Shown piece after piece: positions 10,345 to 21,060 of a stretch of 64,000 nt of DNA. The notes under the pieces are model-generated. The model searched no databases and was not told where the DNA came from. It was given only the letters and a program-made list of their open reading frames with translations. The translations under genes and the position numbers were made by a program. Position 1 is the first letter of the stretch, and every line of letters begins with the position of its first letter. Source of the DNA: an uncultured virus (IMG/VR IMGVR_UViG_3300021962_006479) (taxonomy: Duplodnaviria > Heunggongvirae > Uroviricota > Caudoviricetes); IMG/VR virus record IMGVR_UViG_3300021962_006479. One strand, 5' to 3'.

Positions 10345-13300
10345 ATGGCAATTACAAAATTACAACCGTTCAATTTAGATACAACCGCTAATTACACCTT
10401 TGCCAATATTACCACAACTAATGCTAATTTAGGAAATGCGGCTACAGCTAATTTCTTTGTAGGTAATGGTAGCTTATTAACGGGTATTACAGTAAGCGCA
10501 GGTAATAGTATTGTTAATGGCAATAGCAATGTAACGGTAGCAGCCAATGGCAATGTAACGACAAGTGTTGCAGGAAACAGTAATATATTCATTGTTACTG
10601 GCACCGGCGTAAATGTATCCGGTACACTAAACAGTACCGGTAATGCTAATGTAGGCAATTTGGGTGCCACAGATGTACTAGCAACAACATTGGGTGGTTC
10701 ACTAACAACGGCAGCTCAACCAAATATAACCTCAATTGGTACATTAAGTAGTTTAAGTGTAAGTGGTAATATCACATCTGGTAATGCTAATTTGGGTAAC
10801 GCAGTCTCAGCTAATTACTTTATTGGTAATTTATATGGTACAGCTAACTCAGCAACTACAGCCGGTACTGTAACGACCGCGGCACAACCAAATATAACAA
10901 GTGTCGGCACACTAACTGGTTTAACAAGTACAGGTACTGCTAACTTAATTGGTGCAAGTAATGTATCATTAGGTCCAGTCGGTAATGTAAAAATTACAGG
11001 TGGAAGTAATGGTCAATATTTACAAACAGACGGTTCTGGTGTATTATCTTGGTCTACCGTAAATAGTGGTTCTACAAGCAATATTAGTAATGGAAATAGT
11101 AATGTAAATATTCCATCAGCAAATGGCAATGTAAACATTAGTGCAGTTGGTAATGCAAATATCTTAATAGTTACTGGAACTGGCGTTAATGTTGCGGGTA
11201 CATTAAATGTAACCGGTAATGCTACTGTTGGTAATATAGTTACATCCGGATCCGGTGGTAACGTTAGCAATGTTAACGTTATATCAGCAAATACATTTGT
11301 CGCTAGTGGCAACATTACAGCTAATAACTTTATTGCAGGTAATGGTACAGGTGGTAATATCACCAATGCAAATGTCATCTCAGCTAATACATTTACTGCG
11401 TCAGGTAACATTACATCAGGTAATGCTAATTTAGGTAATGCCGCATCAGCTAATTACTTTATTGGTAACTTCTATGGTACAGCTAACTCAGCAACTACAG
11501 CAACTACAGCAGGCACAGTAACAACTGCGGCACAACCAAATATAACAAGTGTTGGATCATTGCTTGGTTTGACAGTAAGCAATTCATCCGGGGTTGTTAA
11601 TTTATCTAATACTGCTAATGTATCTTTGGGTGTAGTAGGTAATGTTCGTATCACGGGTGGAAGTAATGGTCAATATTTACAGACAGATGGGACAGGAACA
11701 TTAACATGGTCTACAGTAACCTCTGGTTCTACAAGTAACATTAGTAATGGAAATAGTAATGTAAATATTCCAAGTGCTAATGGCAATGTAAACATTAGTG
11801 CCGTTGGTAATGCAAATATAGTTGTAGTTACCGGAACTGGCGCAAACATCGCAGGCACATTAAATGTAACAGGAAATGCTACAGTTGGTAATATAGTTAC
11901 ATCTGGGTCAGGAGGTAACGTTAGTAATGTTAATGTCATCTCAGCTAATACATTTATTGCAAGTGGTAATATAACAGCTAATAACTTTATTGCAGGTAAT
12001 GGTACAGGTGGTAACATTAGTAATGCAAATGTCATTAGTGCAAATACTTTTACAGCAAGTGGTAATATAACAGCCGGTAATGCTAATTTAGGTAATGCAG
12101 TAACAGCTAATTACTTTATTGGTAACTTCTATGGAACAGCCAACTCAGCATCAAGTGCAACTACAGCCGGTACTGTAACAACTGCGGCACAACCAAATAT
12201 AACTTCAGTAGGTACACTAACAAGTCTAGTAGTATCAGGTACTGGATCATTCAGTGGTAATGTAAACTTAAATAGTTTTAACATCACTAACTTAGCTACA
12301 CCAAATGCAAGTACAGATGCCGCAACTAAACAATATGTTGATGATGTTGCTCAGGGACTAAATGTACACGATGCTGTAGCAGCCGCTACTACAGATACAT
12401 TGGCAAACGTTACTAGTGGTACAATCACTTATAATAATGGATCAAGTGGAGTAGGTGCTAATTTAACTACAACCGGTACTTTTAATTTAATAGATGGTGT
12501 TAATGTTCAAACATCAGGTACTCGTATATTAGTTAAGAACGAAGCAAATGCCGTATATAATGGTATATATACATGGAGTAACGCTACTGTAATTACACGT
12601 GCAACTGATTATAATAGTGTGCCTGAAGTAGAAGCCGGCGATTTCGTATTTGTTACCGGTGGTACATTATATGATAATACCGGATGGGTACAAACAAGTA
12701 CAGTAAGTGCTATTGGTACAGTAGGCAATAATATTGAGTTCACCCAATTTAGTGGTGCTGGTACATATCAAGCAGGTACGGGATTAACATTAACTGGAAG
12801 TACTTTTAGTGTAAATGCAAATCAATCTCAAGTAACTAATGTAGGTACATTAAGTAATTTAACAGTAACAGGTAATGCTACTGTTGGTAATATTGTTACA
12901 TCTGGTTCAGGTGGTAACGTTAGCAATGTTAATGTTATTTCAGCTAATACTTTTATTGCTAGTGGTAATATCACATCTGGTAATGCTAGTTTAGGTAATG
13001 CCGCATCAGCTAATTACTTTACCGGTACGTTGACAACGGCAGCACAGCCAAATATAACAAGTGTTGGTACATTAAGTAGTTTAACTGTATCAGGTAATAT
13101 TTTACCAAGTGCTAATATTACATACAGTTTGGGTAGCGCAACACAACGTTTTAAAGATTTATATATTTCCGGTTCTACCATTGATATTAATGGTGCTACT
13201 ATAACTGCTAATGCTAGTGGAATTACATTAACTAATCCCTTAGGTGGTACATTTACTGTTGTTGGTACAGGAGCGGCGAACACATCTTCTATTGTAAATG

Positions 13301-15522
13301 GCAATAGTAATGTAGATATTCCAAGTGCTAATGGTAATGTAAACATTAGTGCAGTTGGTAATGCAAATATAGTTGTAGTTACCGGCACTGGTGCAAATAT
13401 TACAGGTACATTAAATGTATCTGGCAATACTACCTTAGGTAATAATGTAACAGCTAACTTCTTCACTGGCAATCTTTATGGTACAGCTAACCTAGCTACA
13501 TATGCAACAACTGCAAATAGTGTAGCCGGCGGAAACGTTACTGGACAAGTAGCTAATGCAGTAATAGCAGGTACTGTTTATACTGCGGCACAAGGTAATA
13601 TTACATCTGTAGGAAGCTTAACCGGATTAACAGTAAGTAATGCAACAGGTATAGTTGATTTTACAACTACCGGTAACGTTACATTGGGGGCTGTCGCTAA
13701 TTTACATATATCAGGCGGTACTGGTGGATATGTACTAAGTACTGATGGATCAGGTACACTAAGTTGGATAGCACAATCAGGTGGAGGAGGCGGTGCTTCT
13801 ATAAGTAACGGCACAAGTAATGTTAATATTGCAGCCAGTGGTGGCAATGTAACTGTTGGTGTAGGTGGCACTGCAAATGTAATGACTGTTACAAGTACCG
13901 GTGCAAATATTACTGGTAATCTATCTACTAGTGGCAACATAACTGCAGGTAATGCAAACTTAGGTAATGCAACTACCGCTAATTTCTTTATTGGTAGTGG
14001 TAATAATTTAAGTAACATTCAAGGTTCAAATGTAACTGGTACTGTACCGAGTGCAACATCTGCAACTAATGCAAGTGCGGTTCTTAATAACGTACAAACA
14101 ACCGGAACATATTATCCAACATTCATATCAGCTACTTCAAATGGTAATTATGCATTAGCAAGTAATACTGCATTTAGTGCAAACTTAGCAAATGGAGCAT
14201 TAACAGCCACAACATTTGTTGGAACATTATCAGGTTCTGCCGGCAGTGCAACTACAGCAGGTACAGTAACTGCCTCGGCACAAGGTAATATTACTAGTGT
14301 TGGTACATTAACCGGGTTAGATGTTAATGGAAACATAACTGCCGCAAATATCACGGCAAATACAGGAGTATTCACTGGTAATGGATCTGGTTTAAGTCAA
14401 TTAGCAGGTGGTAATGTAACTGGTACAGTGCCAAGTGCAACTAGTGCAACAACTGCTGGTACAGTAACAACGGCGGCACAACCAAATATAACAAGTGTTG
14501 GTACATTGACTGCGTTAACAGTTGGACCTAACAGTAGTATAACATTATCAGGTACATCAGGCTTTGTAAAAGCTAATAGTATTCAAGGTCTAGACGGTAC
14601 AGCGGCATTATTTCCATATTATGGTAGTGTTGGTGGTGCAGTCGGTGTACGTACTGACTTAACAGTTGGTGCAGGTGGCACTGGAAATCTAATTGCAAAT
14701 GCTGGCTCTGCTACATTTGGTGATGTTACTACCGTTAAAATAACCGGTGGTACTGTTGGATATGTTCTAAGAACTGATGGTGCAGGCAATTTAACTTGGG
14801 TTGCACAATCAGGTGGAGGCGGTGCTTCTATAAGTAACGGCACAAGTAATGTTAATATTGCAGCCAGTGGTGGCAATGTAACTGTTGGTGTAGGTGGCAC
14901 TGCAAATGTAATGACTATTACAACTACGGGTGTTAATGTTGCAGGAACATTACAGGTAAGTGGTCAAAGTAATTTAGGTCCAGTGGGAAATGTAGTTATC
15001 ACTGGTGGTACTGCAAATCAGTTTTTACAAACAAATGGTTCAGGTGTATTAACTTGGGCTAATGCTAGTGGAGGCGGTGGAGGCATTACTATCACAGATG
15101 ATACTACAACTAATAGTAATGCTTATTATCCTATATTATCTACTATAACTTCTGGATCATTAGCTACTGCTAACGTATCAGCCGCTGATTTATACTTTAA
15201 TCCACTCAGTGGTCAATTGAATGCTATTATATTCAATTCACTTTCTGACAAAAATAAGAAAAGTAATATAGAAATAATAACAAATGCGTTAAGTAAAGTA
15301 TTAACATTGAACGGTGTAACTTTTAATTTTATTGATAGCAATGAATCAAGTGCCGGATTGATAGCACAAGATGTTGAGAAAGTATTACCAAACGCAGTAA
15401 AACATAATAATGGTATATTATCATTAAATTATAGCGGTGTTATTGGTTTACTAGTAGAGGCAATAAAAGAACAACAATTGCAAATTGATGAATTAAAGCA
15501 ACTTATTAATAAGCAGGTGTGA
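10345..15522 (+). CDS. Long tail fibre (1725 aa) with C-terminal intramolecular chaperone (peptidase S74)
   Basis: Same repeat modules as 512-4693; DAATKQYVD; C-terminal SD..KK.NI...L.GV.F...GLIAQDVEKVLP...Y...L.EAIKEQQ. Confidence 0.85.
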   Translation: MAITKLQPFNLDTTANYTFANITTTNANLGNAATANFFVGNGSLLTGITVSAGNSIVNGNSNVTVAANGNVTTSVAGNSNIFIVTGTGVNVSGTLNSTGNANVGNLGATDVLATTLGGSLTTAAQPNITSIGTLSSLSVSGNITSGNANLGNAVSANYFIGNLYGTANSATTAGTVTTAAQPNITSVGTLTGLTSTGTANLIGASNVSLGPVGNVKITGGSNGQYLQTDGSGVLSWSTVNSGSTSNISNGNSNVNIPSANGNVNISAVGNANILIVTGTGVNVAGTLNVTGNATVGNIVTSGSGGNVSNVNVISANTFVASGNITANNFIAGNGTGGNITNANVISANTFTASGNITSGNANLGNAASANYFIGNFYGTANSATTATTAGTVTTAAQPNITSVGSLLGLTVSNSSGVVNLSNTANVSLGVVGNVRITGGSNGQYLQTDGTGTLTWSTVTSGSTSNISNGNSNVNIPSANGNVNISAVGNANIVVVTGTGANIAGTLNVTGNATVGNIVTSGSGGNVSNVNVISANTFIASGNITANNFIAGNGTGGNISNANVISANTFTASGNITAGNANLGNAVTANYFIGNFYGTANSASSATTAGTVTTAAQPNITSVGTLTSLVVSGTGSFSGNVNLNSFNITNLATPNASTDAATKQYVDDVAQGLNVHDAVAAATTDTLANVTSGTITYNNGSSGVGANLTTTGTFNLIDGVNVQTSGTRILVKNEANAVYNGIYTWSNATVITRATDYNSVPEVEAGDFVFVTGGTLYDNTGWVQTSTVSAIGTVGNNIEFTQFSGAGTYQAGTGLTLTGSTFSVNANQSQVTNVGTLSNLTVTGNATVGNIVTSGSGGNVSNVNVISANTFIASGNITSGNASLGNAASANYFTGTLTTAAQPNITSVGTLSSLTVSGNILPSANITYSLGSATQRFKDLYISGSTIDINGATITANASGITLTNPLGGTFTVVGTGAANTSSIVNGNSNVDIPSANGNVNISAVGNANIVVVTGTGANITGTLNVSGNTTLGNNVTANFFTGNLYGTANLATYATTANSVAGGNVTGQVANAVIAGTVYTAAQGNITSVGSLTGLTVSNATGIVDFTTTGNVTLGAVANLHISGGTGGYVLSTDGSGTLSWIAQSGGGGGASISNGTSNVNIAASGGNVTVGVGGTANVMTVTSTGANITGNLSTSGNITAGNANLGNATTANFFIGSGNNLSNIQGSNVTGTVPSATSATNASAVLNNVQTTGTYYPTFISATSNGNYALASNTAFSANLANGALTATTFVGTLSGSAGSATTAGTVTASAQGNITSVGTLTGLDVNGNITAANITANTGVFTGNGSGLSQLAGGNVTGTVPSATSATTAGTVTTAAQPNITSVGTLTALTVGPNSSITLSGTSGFVKANSIQGLDGTAALFPYYGSVGGAVGVRTDLTVGAGGTGNLIANAGSATFGDVTTVKITGGTVGYVLRTDGAGNLTWVAQSGGGGASISNGTSNVNIAASGGNVTVGVGGTANVMTITTTGVNVAGTLQVSGQSNLGPVGNVVITGGTANQFLQTNGSGVLTWANASGGGGGITITDDTTTNSNAYYPILSTITSGSLATANVSAADLYFNPLSGQLNAIIFNSLSDKNKKSNIEIITNALSKVLTLNGVTFNFIDSNESSAGLIAQDVEKVLPNAVKHNNGILSLNYSGVIGLLVEAIKEQQLQIDELKQLINKQV
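13786..14916 (+). repeat. Identical 102-nt direct repeat (13786-13887 and 14815-14916)
   Basis: Both copies encode GGASISNGTSNVNIAASGGNVTVGVGGTANVMT with identical codons. Confidence 0.85.
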
Positions 15523-15528
15523 TATAAA

Positions 15529-17865
15529 ATGTCAACAAATTTTAGTGTAAATGGTACTTCTTTTGACAACTATTATATATCTCAAGCGTACTTAAATCAA
15601 TTTGTTATTACTGGTTCGTTGTGGGGATGGGGAGAAAACTTCTCGGGCCTATTAGGAACTAATAATGTTATTTATAGATCCAGTCCAGTGCAAACTGCTG
15701 CGGGTGGAACAAATTGGCTAAATGCGGTAAGTGGACAACGCCATGCTGCATCTGTAAAAACTGACGGTACATTATGGACTTGGGGAATCAATAATTACGG
15801 ACAGCTAGGTAGCGGTACTACTATTAATAGATCAAGTCCAAATCAAGTTACAAGCGGCGGAACCAATTGGAGAACAGTCGCATGCGGACAAGATAATACT
15901 GCGGCAGTAAAACAAAATGGACAACTATGGACGTGGGGAAGAAATAACTATGGCCAACTAGCTATATATACAAATGGCTACAGTAGGTCTAGCCCGGTTC
16001 AAACTATTATTGGAGGAACCAATTGGGCTATAGTTACGACCGGTGTTGACTCACTCGGAGCCATAAAAACAAATAACAGTTTATGGACATGGGGTCGCAA
16101 TAATCATGGTCAGCTTGGTATTGGTAATACTGTTAATCAACAAATACCAGTGGATATAGCGGCAGGAGGTTGGAGTGAGGTAGTTACCTGCAACACCCAA
16201 ACTATCGCCTTAAAAACTGACGGTACATTATGGGGTTGGGGAAGAAATGCTAGAGGTCAACTAGGTACCAACAATACGATTAGTGTTGATTCACCGGTTC
16301 AAACTATTTCCGGAGGAACAAATTGGATACAAATTGCGACTGGTTATCAACAATCGGCAGGAATAAAAAGTGATGGAACATTGTGGCTTTGGGGCAGAAA
16401 TTCCGAAGGTCAACTCGGTAATGGTGCTAATATTGACGTATCTAGCCCGATACAAACTATTAGTTCCGGAACCAATTGGAAACAGATATATCTATGTGAT
16501 CCTTCTGCTATAGGCAGTTATGCTATTGGGGTAAAGTCAGACGGTACATTATGGACTTGGGGAACTAATAACTATGGTCAACTCGGTGATGGAACCAACA
16601 CTAGTAGATCAAGTCCGGTACAAACAATTGCAGGGGGTACAAATTGGGATTGGTCTACTAATAGGAGAAGTTCTGCTGGCAGATTTACAGCTTACGCAAT
16701 TAAAACAGATGGCACATTATGGGCATGGGGAAATGGCTCTGGAGGAGCCCTTGGCGATAACACTGGCATTAGTAAAAACAGTCCAGTACAAACTATTTCC
16801 GGCGGTAATAATTGGAGACAAGTAGCAGGTGGCAACTACAATGCATCCGCAATTAAAACAGACGGTAGATTATGGAGTTGGGGCAACAATGGTTACGGTC
16901 AACTTGGTGATAATACTACTATTTCTAGGTCTAGTCCAGTACAGACATCCAGTGCTGGAACTAATTGGAAAGACGTTCAAAAAGATAATAGTCGGGGCAA
17001 CACTACAGCCATAAAAACAGATAATACATTATGGACCTGGGGATTAGGAAGTTTTTCTCTGATAGGTGACGGTGCTCAAATAACAAGAACTACACCCACG
17101 CCTGTTGGTTCAAACGAAGCATCTGGTACTACAGCAAACGGGGTAGGTACAGATTGGAATAAGTGTATCAGGCTAGGTAGTTTCATGAATGGGGCAATAA
17201 AAATAAATGGATCGTTATATTTATGGGGAACTCAGGATAATCAGGGTCAAATGACTCAGATTCTAGTTAATGTCACAACTAATATTACTATACCTGCGGC
17301 ATGGCCAGCAGTTGCTTCCAATTGGCTACAGGTATCTATGGCTAATCAGGGCCAGCATATGGCTGCTATAAAAACAGATGGCACACTATGGACTTGGGGA
17401 AGAAACAATGAAGGACAATTAGGTGATAATAGTATAACTAGTAAATCAATCCCAGTACAAACTGTTTCGGGTGGTACTGATTGGCTTCAAGTTGCAGCCG
17501 GAAATATAAATACAGCCGCCATAAAACTAAATGGAACATTATGGACGTGGGGCTCAAATACGGATGGTGCTTTAGGAAATAATGGTACAGCTAATACATC
17601 AAGCCCGGTACAAACTATTTCAGGTGGAACAAACTGGAAATTTGTTTCTATGGGAGCTAATTTTTCAGCTGGAATAAAAACAGACGGTACCTTGTGGACC
17701 TGGGGCAAAAATACCCAAGGTCAACTAGGTAATAATACTATTATTAATAGGTCAAGCCCTATTCAAACTATTGCAGGTGGAAATAATTGGAAATCAATTT
17801 CAGTAGGTGAATATATTATGCAAGGTATATATTTCTATGATGCATATAATTTGTATCCAAGTTGA
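15529..17865 (+). CDS. RCC1/BLIP-II beta-propeller repeat protein (778 aa)
   Basis: Many repeats of IKTDGTLW.WG.N..GQLG.....SSPVQT..GGTNW. Confidence 0.9.
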   Translation: MSTNFSVNGTSFDNYYISQAYLNQFVITGSLWGWGENFSGLLGTNNVIYRSSPVQTAAGGTNWLNAVSGQRHAASVKTDGTLWTWGINNYGQLGSGTTINRSSPNQVTSGGTNWRTVACGQDNTAAVKQNGQLWTWGRNNYGQLAIYTNGYSRSSPVQTIIGGTNWAIVTTGVDSLGAIKTNNSLWTWGRNNHGQLGIGNTVNQQIPVDIAAGGWSEVVTCNTQTIALKTDGTLWGWGRNARGQLGTNNTISVDSPVQTISGGTNWIQIATGYQQSAGIKSDGTLWLWGRNSEGQLGNGANIDVSSPIQTISSGTNWKQIYLCDPSAIGSYAIGVKSDGTLWTWGTNNYGQLGDGTNTSRSSPVQTIAGGTNWDWSTNRRSSAGRFTAYAIKTDGTLWAWGNGSGGALGDNTGISKNSPVQTISGGNNWRQVAGGNYNASAIKTDGRLWSWGNNGYGQLGDNTTISRSSPVQTSSAGTNWKDVQKDNSRGNTTAIKTDNTLWTWGLGSFSLIGDGAQITRTTPTPVGSNEASGTTANGVGTDWNKCIRLGSFMNGAIKINGSLYLWGTQDNQGQMTQILVNVTTNITIPAAWPAVASNWLQVSMANQGQHMAAIKTDGTLWTWGRNNEGQLGDNSITSKSIPVQTVSGGTDWLQVAAGNINTAAIKLNGTLWTWGSNTDGALGNNGTANTSSPVQTISGGTNWKFVSMGANFSAGIKTDGTLWTWGKNTQGQLGNNTIINRSSPIQTIAGGNNWKSISVGEYIMQGIYFYDAYNLYPS

Positions 17866-17889
17866 TAAATATAATTTTAAGGAATAAAA

Positions 17890-18513
17890 ATGTTTGTAAT
17901 AGTTTATAATGGAAGAGTAATTTTAGGACCAATGATTTGGAATGCCAGGCGCTTTTCAGAAGTAATTAATGACGATTGTGAAATATCTACTGTGTTAGAT
18001 TTAAAAAATGATGACAACAAAGTTGTTACAGTTAATGATGAAATAAAAATATATCCGGTTGATAGTGAACCTAATCCTGAATATAATACAAGAACACAAT
18101 ATCTACATGGACCTTTTTGGACATTTACTGATACACATGCAATTTCTAGTATGACTGTAGAATCATATTCGTTAGAAGCTATAAGAAACTTTTTAAAACA
18201 AGAAATTGCAGATGTACGTTGGGAAAAATTACATAGTGGGGTTGAGGTAGAAATAAATGGTAATACATATAAGTTCCCCACAGATCCTTTAACAAGAATG
18301 TCTTTCCTTAATTATGTAACAGCCGGTGCTACTAATATAAATTGGAAAATAGATCAACACACTTGGATTACATTAACAAACGAACATCTATCAATAATTT
18401 TTAATAAAATAGTCGATCACTTTCAAAAATCATTTGAATGGGAATCAAATAAAAATGATGAAATTAATTTAGCAACACTTGAAACTATTGAATCTATTGT
18501 CATAAAGGAATAA
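17890..18513 (+). CDS. Fibre-associated protein, DUF4376-like
   Basis: RW.K...GV.I.G..F.TD...R motif and WK...W..L; lies among RCC1 genes. Confidence 0.55.
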   Translation: MFVIVYNGRVILGPMIWNARRFSEVINDDCEISTVLDLKNDDNKVVTVNDEIKIYPVDSEPNPEYNTRTQYLHGPFWTFTDTHAISSMTVESYSLEAIRNFLKQEIADVRWEKLHSGVEVEINGNTYKFPTDPLTRMSFLNYVTAGATNINWKIDQHTWITLTNEHLSIIFNKIVDHFQKSFEWESNKNDEINLATLETIESIVIKE

Positions 18514-18514
18514 A

Positions 18515-19738
18515 ATGCCAACTAATTTCAATTATAATGGAACTGATGTTGATAAAATATACGTAACCAAATCATACCTTATAGATAGATATCCAGAATT
18601 AGTTAATACATTTAAAATGTCTGGATTGTATCTTTGGGGTACAGGTCAATCAGGTGTATTAGGTAATAATACCTCAACAAATGTATCTAGCCCAGTACAA
18701 ACTATTGCTTCCGGTTCAAATTGGAGCCAAGTTTCGTGTGGCTCAGAAATTACAGGCTCTATAAAAACAGACGGTAGATTATGGATGTGGGGAAGTAATA
18801 ACAATGGTCAATTAGGAAATCTAAACACTACAATTCAATCAAGTCCTGTACAAACTAGTACTGGAGGCACCAATTGGAAACAAGTTTCAACTAATAACAG
18901 TACGACTGCGGCAATTAAAACAGATGGTACATTATGGACATGGGGTCTCAATAATTATGGTCAGCTTGGCCGTAATTCTATTATTAATAGTTCTAGTCCT
19001 GTTCAAACAGTTTCAGGTACAGCAATTTGGAAACAAGTATCAAATTCCGGTTTCTTTATGGGGGCTATAAAAACAGATGGTACATTATGGGTTTGGGGAA
19101 GAAACAATAATGGTCAACTTGGTACCGGTAATACTATTAATAGGTCCAGTCCAATACAAACTATTTCCGGCGGAACTAATTGGAGACTAATTTCAGCGGC
19201 TGGTGCAGCGCCCGGTGGAACAACTGGTATTATGGCAGCTATAAAAACAGATGGAACATTATGGGGTTGGGGAGAAAACTCAAACAGTCAACTAGGTATT
19301 AATACTACTCCTAGAAGTTCAAGTCCAGTGCAAACTGTTGCCGGCGGAACAAATTGGGTATCAGTTTCTGCAGGACCAACTGCCTGTGCAGGGATAAAAT
19401 CTGATGGAACATTATGGCTTTGGGGAAGAAATTTTAATGGTCAACTCGGCGGTAGTAATCCCTCTATTAATCCTGAATCTAGCCCAGTGCAATCTATATC
19501 AGGAGGCACAAATTGGAAACAAATCTCAATGGGAAACGGTCCAAGAGCTGCAATTAAAACTGACGGATCATTGTGGATTTGGGGAGATAATCAATCTGGA
19601 GCAGCCGGAGCTCCGGGTTTCTCCGCAAATATATCAAGCCCGATACAGACTATAGCTAGTGGATATAATTGGACACAATGTTCAGCATCTACCCTAGGCG
19701 TCGCCTCAATTAGAGATTTTAACATGTATAATATGTAA
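18515..19738 (+). CDS. RCC1-like beta-propeller protein (407 aa)
   Basis: About seven IKTDG.LW.WG.N repeats. Confidence 0.9.
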   Translation: MPTNFNYNGTDVDKIYVTKSYLIDRYPELVNTFKMSGLYLWGTGQSGVLGNNTSTNVSSPVQTIASGSNWSQVSCGSEITGSIKTDGRLWMWGSNNNGQLGNLNTTIQSSPVQTSTGGTNWKQVSTNNSTTAAIKTDGTLWTWGLNNYGQLGRNSIINSSSPVQTVSGTAIWKQVSNSGFFMGAIKTDGTLWVWGRNNNGQLGTGNTINRSSPIQTISGGTNWRLISAAGAAPGGTTGIMAAIKTDGTLWGWGENSNSQLGINTTPRSSSPVQTVAGGTNWVSVSAGPTACAGIKSDGTLWLWGRNFNGQLGGSNPSINPESSPVQSISGGTNWKQISMGNGPRAAIKTDGSLWIWGDNQSGAAGAPGFSANISSPIQTIASGYNWTQCSASTLGVASIRDFNMYNM

Positions 19739-19786
19739 AAATATGAATAATCATAACATATTAATTTATAATTTAGGTAATACGTA

Positions 19787-20971
19787 ATGGCAAATAACGG
19801 ATTCAAATTTAATGGACAAGACCTCGATACTGTATTAGTACCTAGAAGTTTTTTCAATCAAAGTGTATTGTGGGGGTGGGGAAGTAATTATTACGGACAA
19901 CTTGGAACTGGTACCATAGGTGATACTTACTATTCACCGGTGCAAACTAGTTCTGGAGGAATTAATTGGAAACAATCAAGTGCAGGATTTGAATTTAGTG
20001 GATCAGTTAAAGATGACGGTACATTATGGATGTGGGGACGAAATAATTATGGTCAACTTGGTGCAAGTTCAGGAACAAATCAATCAAGCCCTATTCAAAC
20101 TAGTAGTGGTGGAACAAATTGGAAAAGTGTGTCGTGTTCAACTGGTAATGGACTTGCAACAGATAAATTTACTACCGCAATTAAATCTGATGGCACATTA
20201 TGGTGTTGGGGTAGAAACACACAGGGACAACTAGGTGACAACTCAGTAACACAACGAGCAAATCCGACACAAACCATTTCAGGTGGCCCATCATGGTTTA
20301 ATGTATCAGCCGGAGGTCTTCATACGTTAGCAACTAAAACAGACGGAACGTTATGGGTATGGGGAGGTAATAATTACGGACAGCTTGGTACTAATTCAAC
20401 AATAAAAGTTTCAAGTCCAAATCAAGTTATAGGCGGCGGAACCAATTGGAATCAGATAGCAGCCGGTGCATTCACGTCGGCTGCTATAAAAACTGATGGC
20501 ACATTGTGGGTATGGGGTAGAAATTCATCTGGAGATTTAGGAAATAATACTACCATTAATCAATCAAGTCCAGTGCAAACAATAGCAAGTGGAACTAACT
20601 GGAGTAGTATTAGTAACGGAAATAGTTTCATGTTATCTATTAAAACAGATGGGACATTATGGGGTTGGGGGCGAAATGATAATGGTCAACTTGGTGATAA
20701 TACTACTATTAATAGTTCTAGTCCTGTGCAAACTGTTAGTGGAGGAACTGGTTGGAGACAGGCTTCGGCTGGATACAATTTTACCGGAGCTATAAAAACA
20801 GATGGTACATTATGGATGTGGGGAACTGGCGGTAGTGGTGAACTTGGTAATAATAGTAATATTAGTAGATCAAGTCCAGTACAAACAATAGCAAGTGGAA
20901 CTAATTGGAGTTCTATAGCAGCTGGAACAAATTTTGCTATAGGGATGATCTACCTATACGCTCCTTTTTAA
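19787..20971 (+). CDS. RCC1-like beta-propeller protein (394 aa)
   Basis: About seven IKTDG.LW.WG.N repeats. Confidence 0.9.
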   Translation: MANNGFKFNGQDLDTVLVPRSFFNQSVLWGWGSNYYGQLGTGTIGDTYYSPVQTSSGGINWKQSSAGFEFSGSVKDDGTLWMWGRNNYGQLGASSGTNQSSPIQTSSGGTNWKSVSCSTGNGLATDKFTTAIKSDGTLWCWGRNTQGQLGDNSVTQRANPTQTISGGPSWFNVSAGGLHTLATKTDGTLWVWGGNNYGQLGTNSTIKVSSPNQVIGGGTNWNQIAAGAFTSAAIKTDGTLWVWGRNSSGDLGNNTTINQSSPVQTIASGTNWSSISNGNSFMLSIKTDGTLWGWGRNDNGQLGDNTTINSSSPVQTVSGGTGWRQASAGYNFTGAIKTDGTLWMWGTGGSGELGNNSNISRSSPVQTIASGTNWSSIAAGTNFAIGMIYLYAPF

Positions 20972-20985
20972 TATTTTGTAAAAAT

Positions 20986-21015
20986 AATTAAAACGGTACG
21001 CCCGTTAATTTTTTT
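20986..21015 (+). terminator. Possible weak intrinsic terminator after the structural block
   Basis: AACGG-tacgc-CCGTT stem followed by a T run. Confidence 0.35.
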
Positions 21016-21060
21016 AATAACGTACATACTCACTAAATAACTGCTAACTGTGAGTAAATT

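Noticed and set aside
637..14900. Many minus-strand ORFs (MILPVAINVLAEIT... type)
   Set aside because: Antisense shadows of the repetitive fibre genes; no RBS or independent motifs
15529..20971. CRISPR array or DGR suggested by recurring AAAACAGATGGTACATTATGG-like sequences
   Set aside because: Degenerate in-frame RCC1 coding repeats; no cas gene, reverse transcriptase or adenine-specific TR/VR pair in the window
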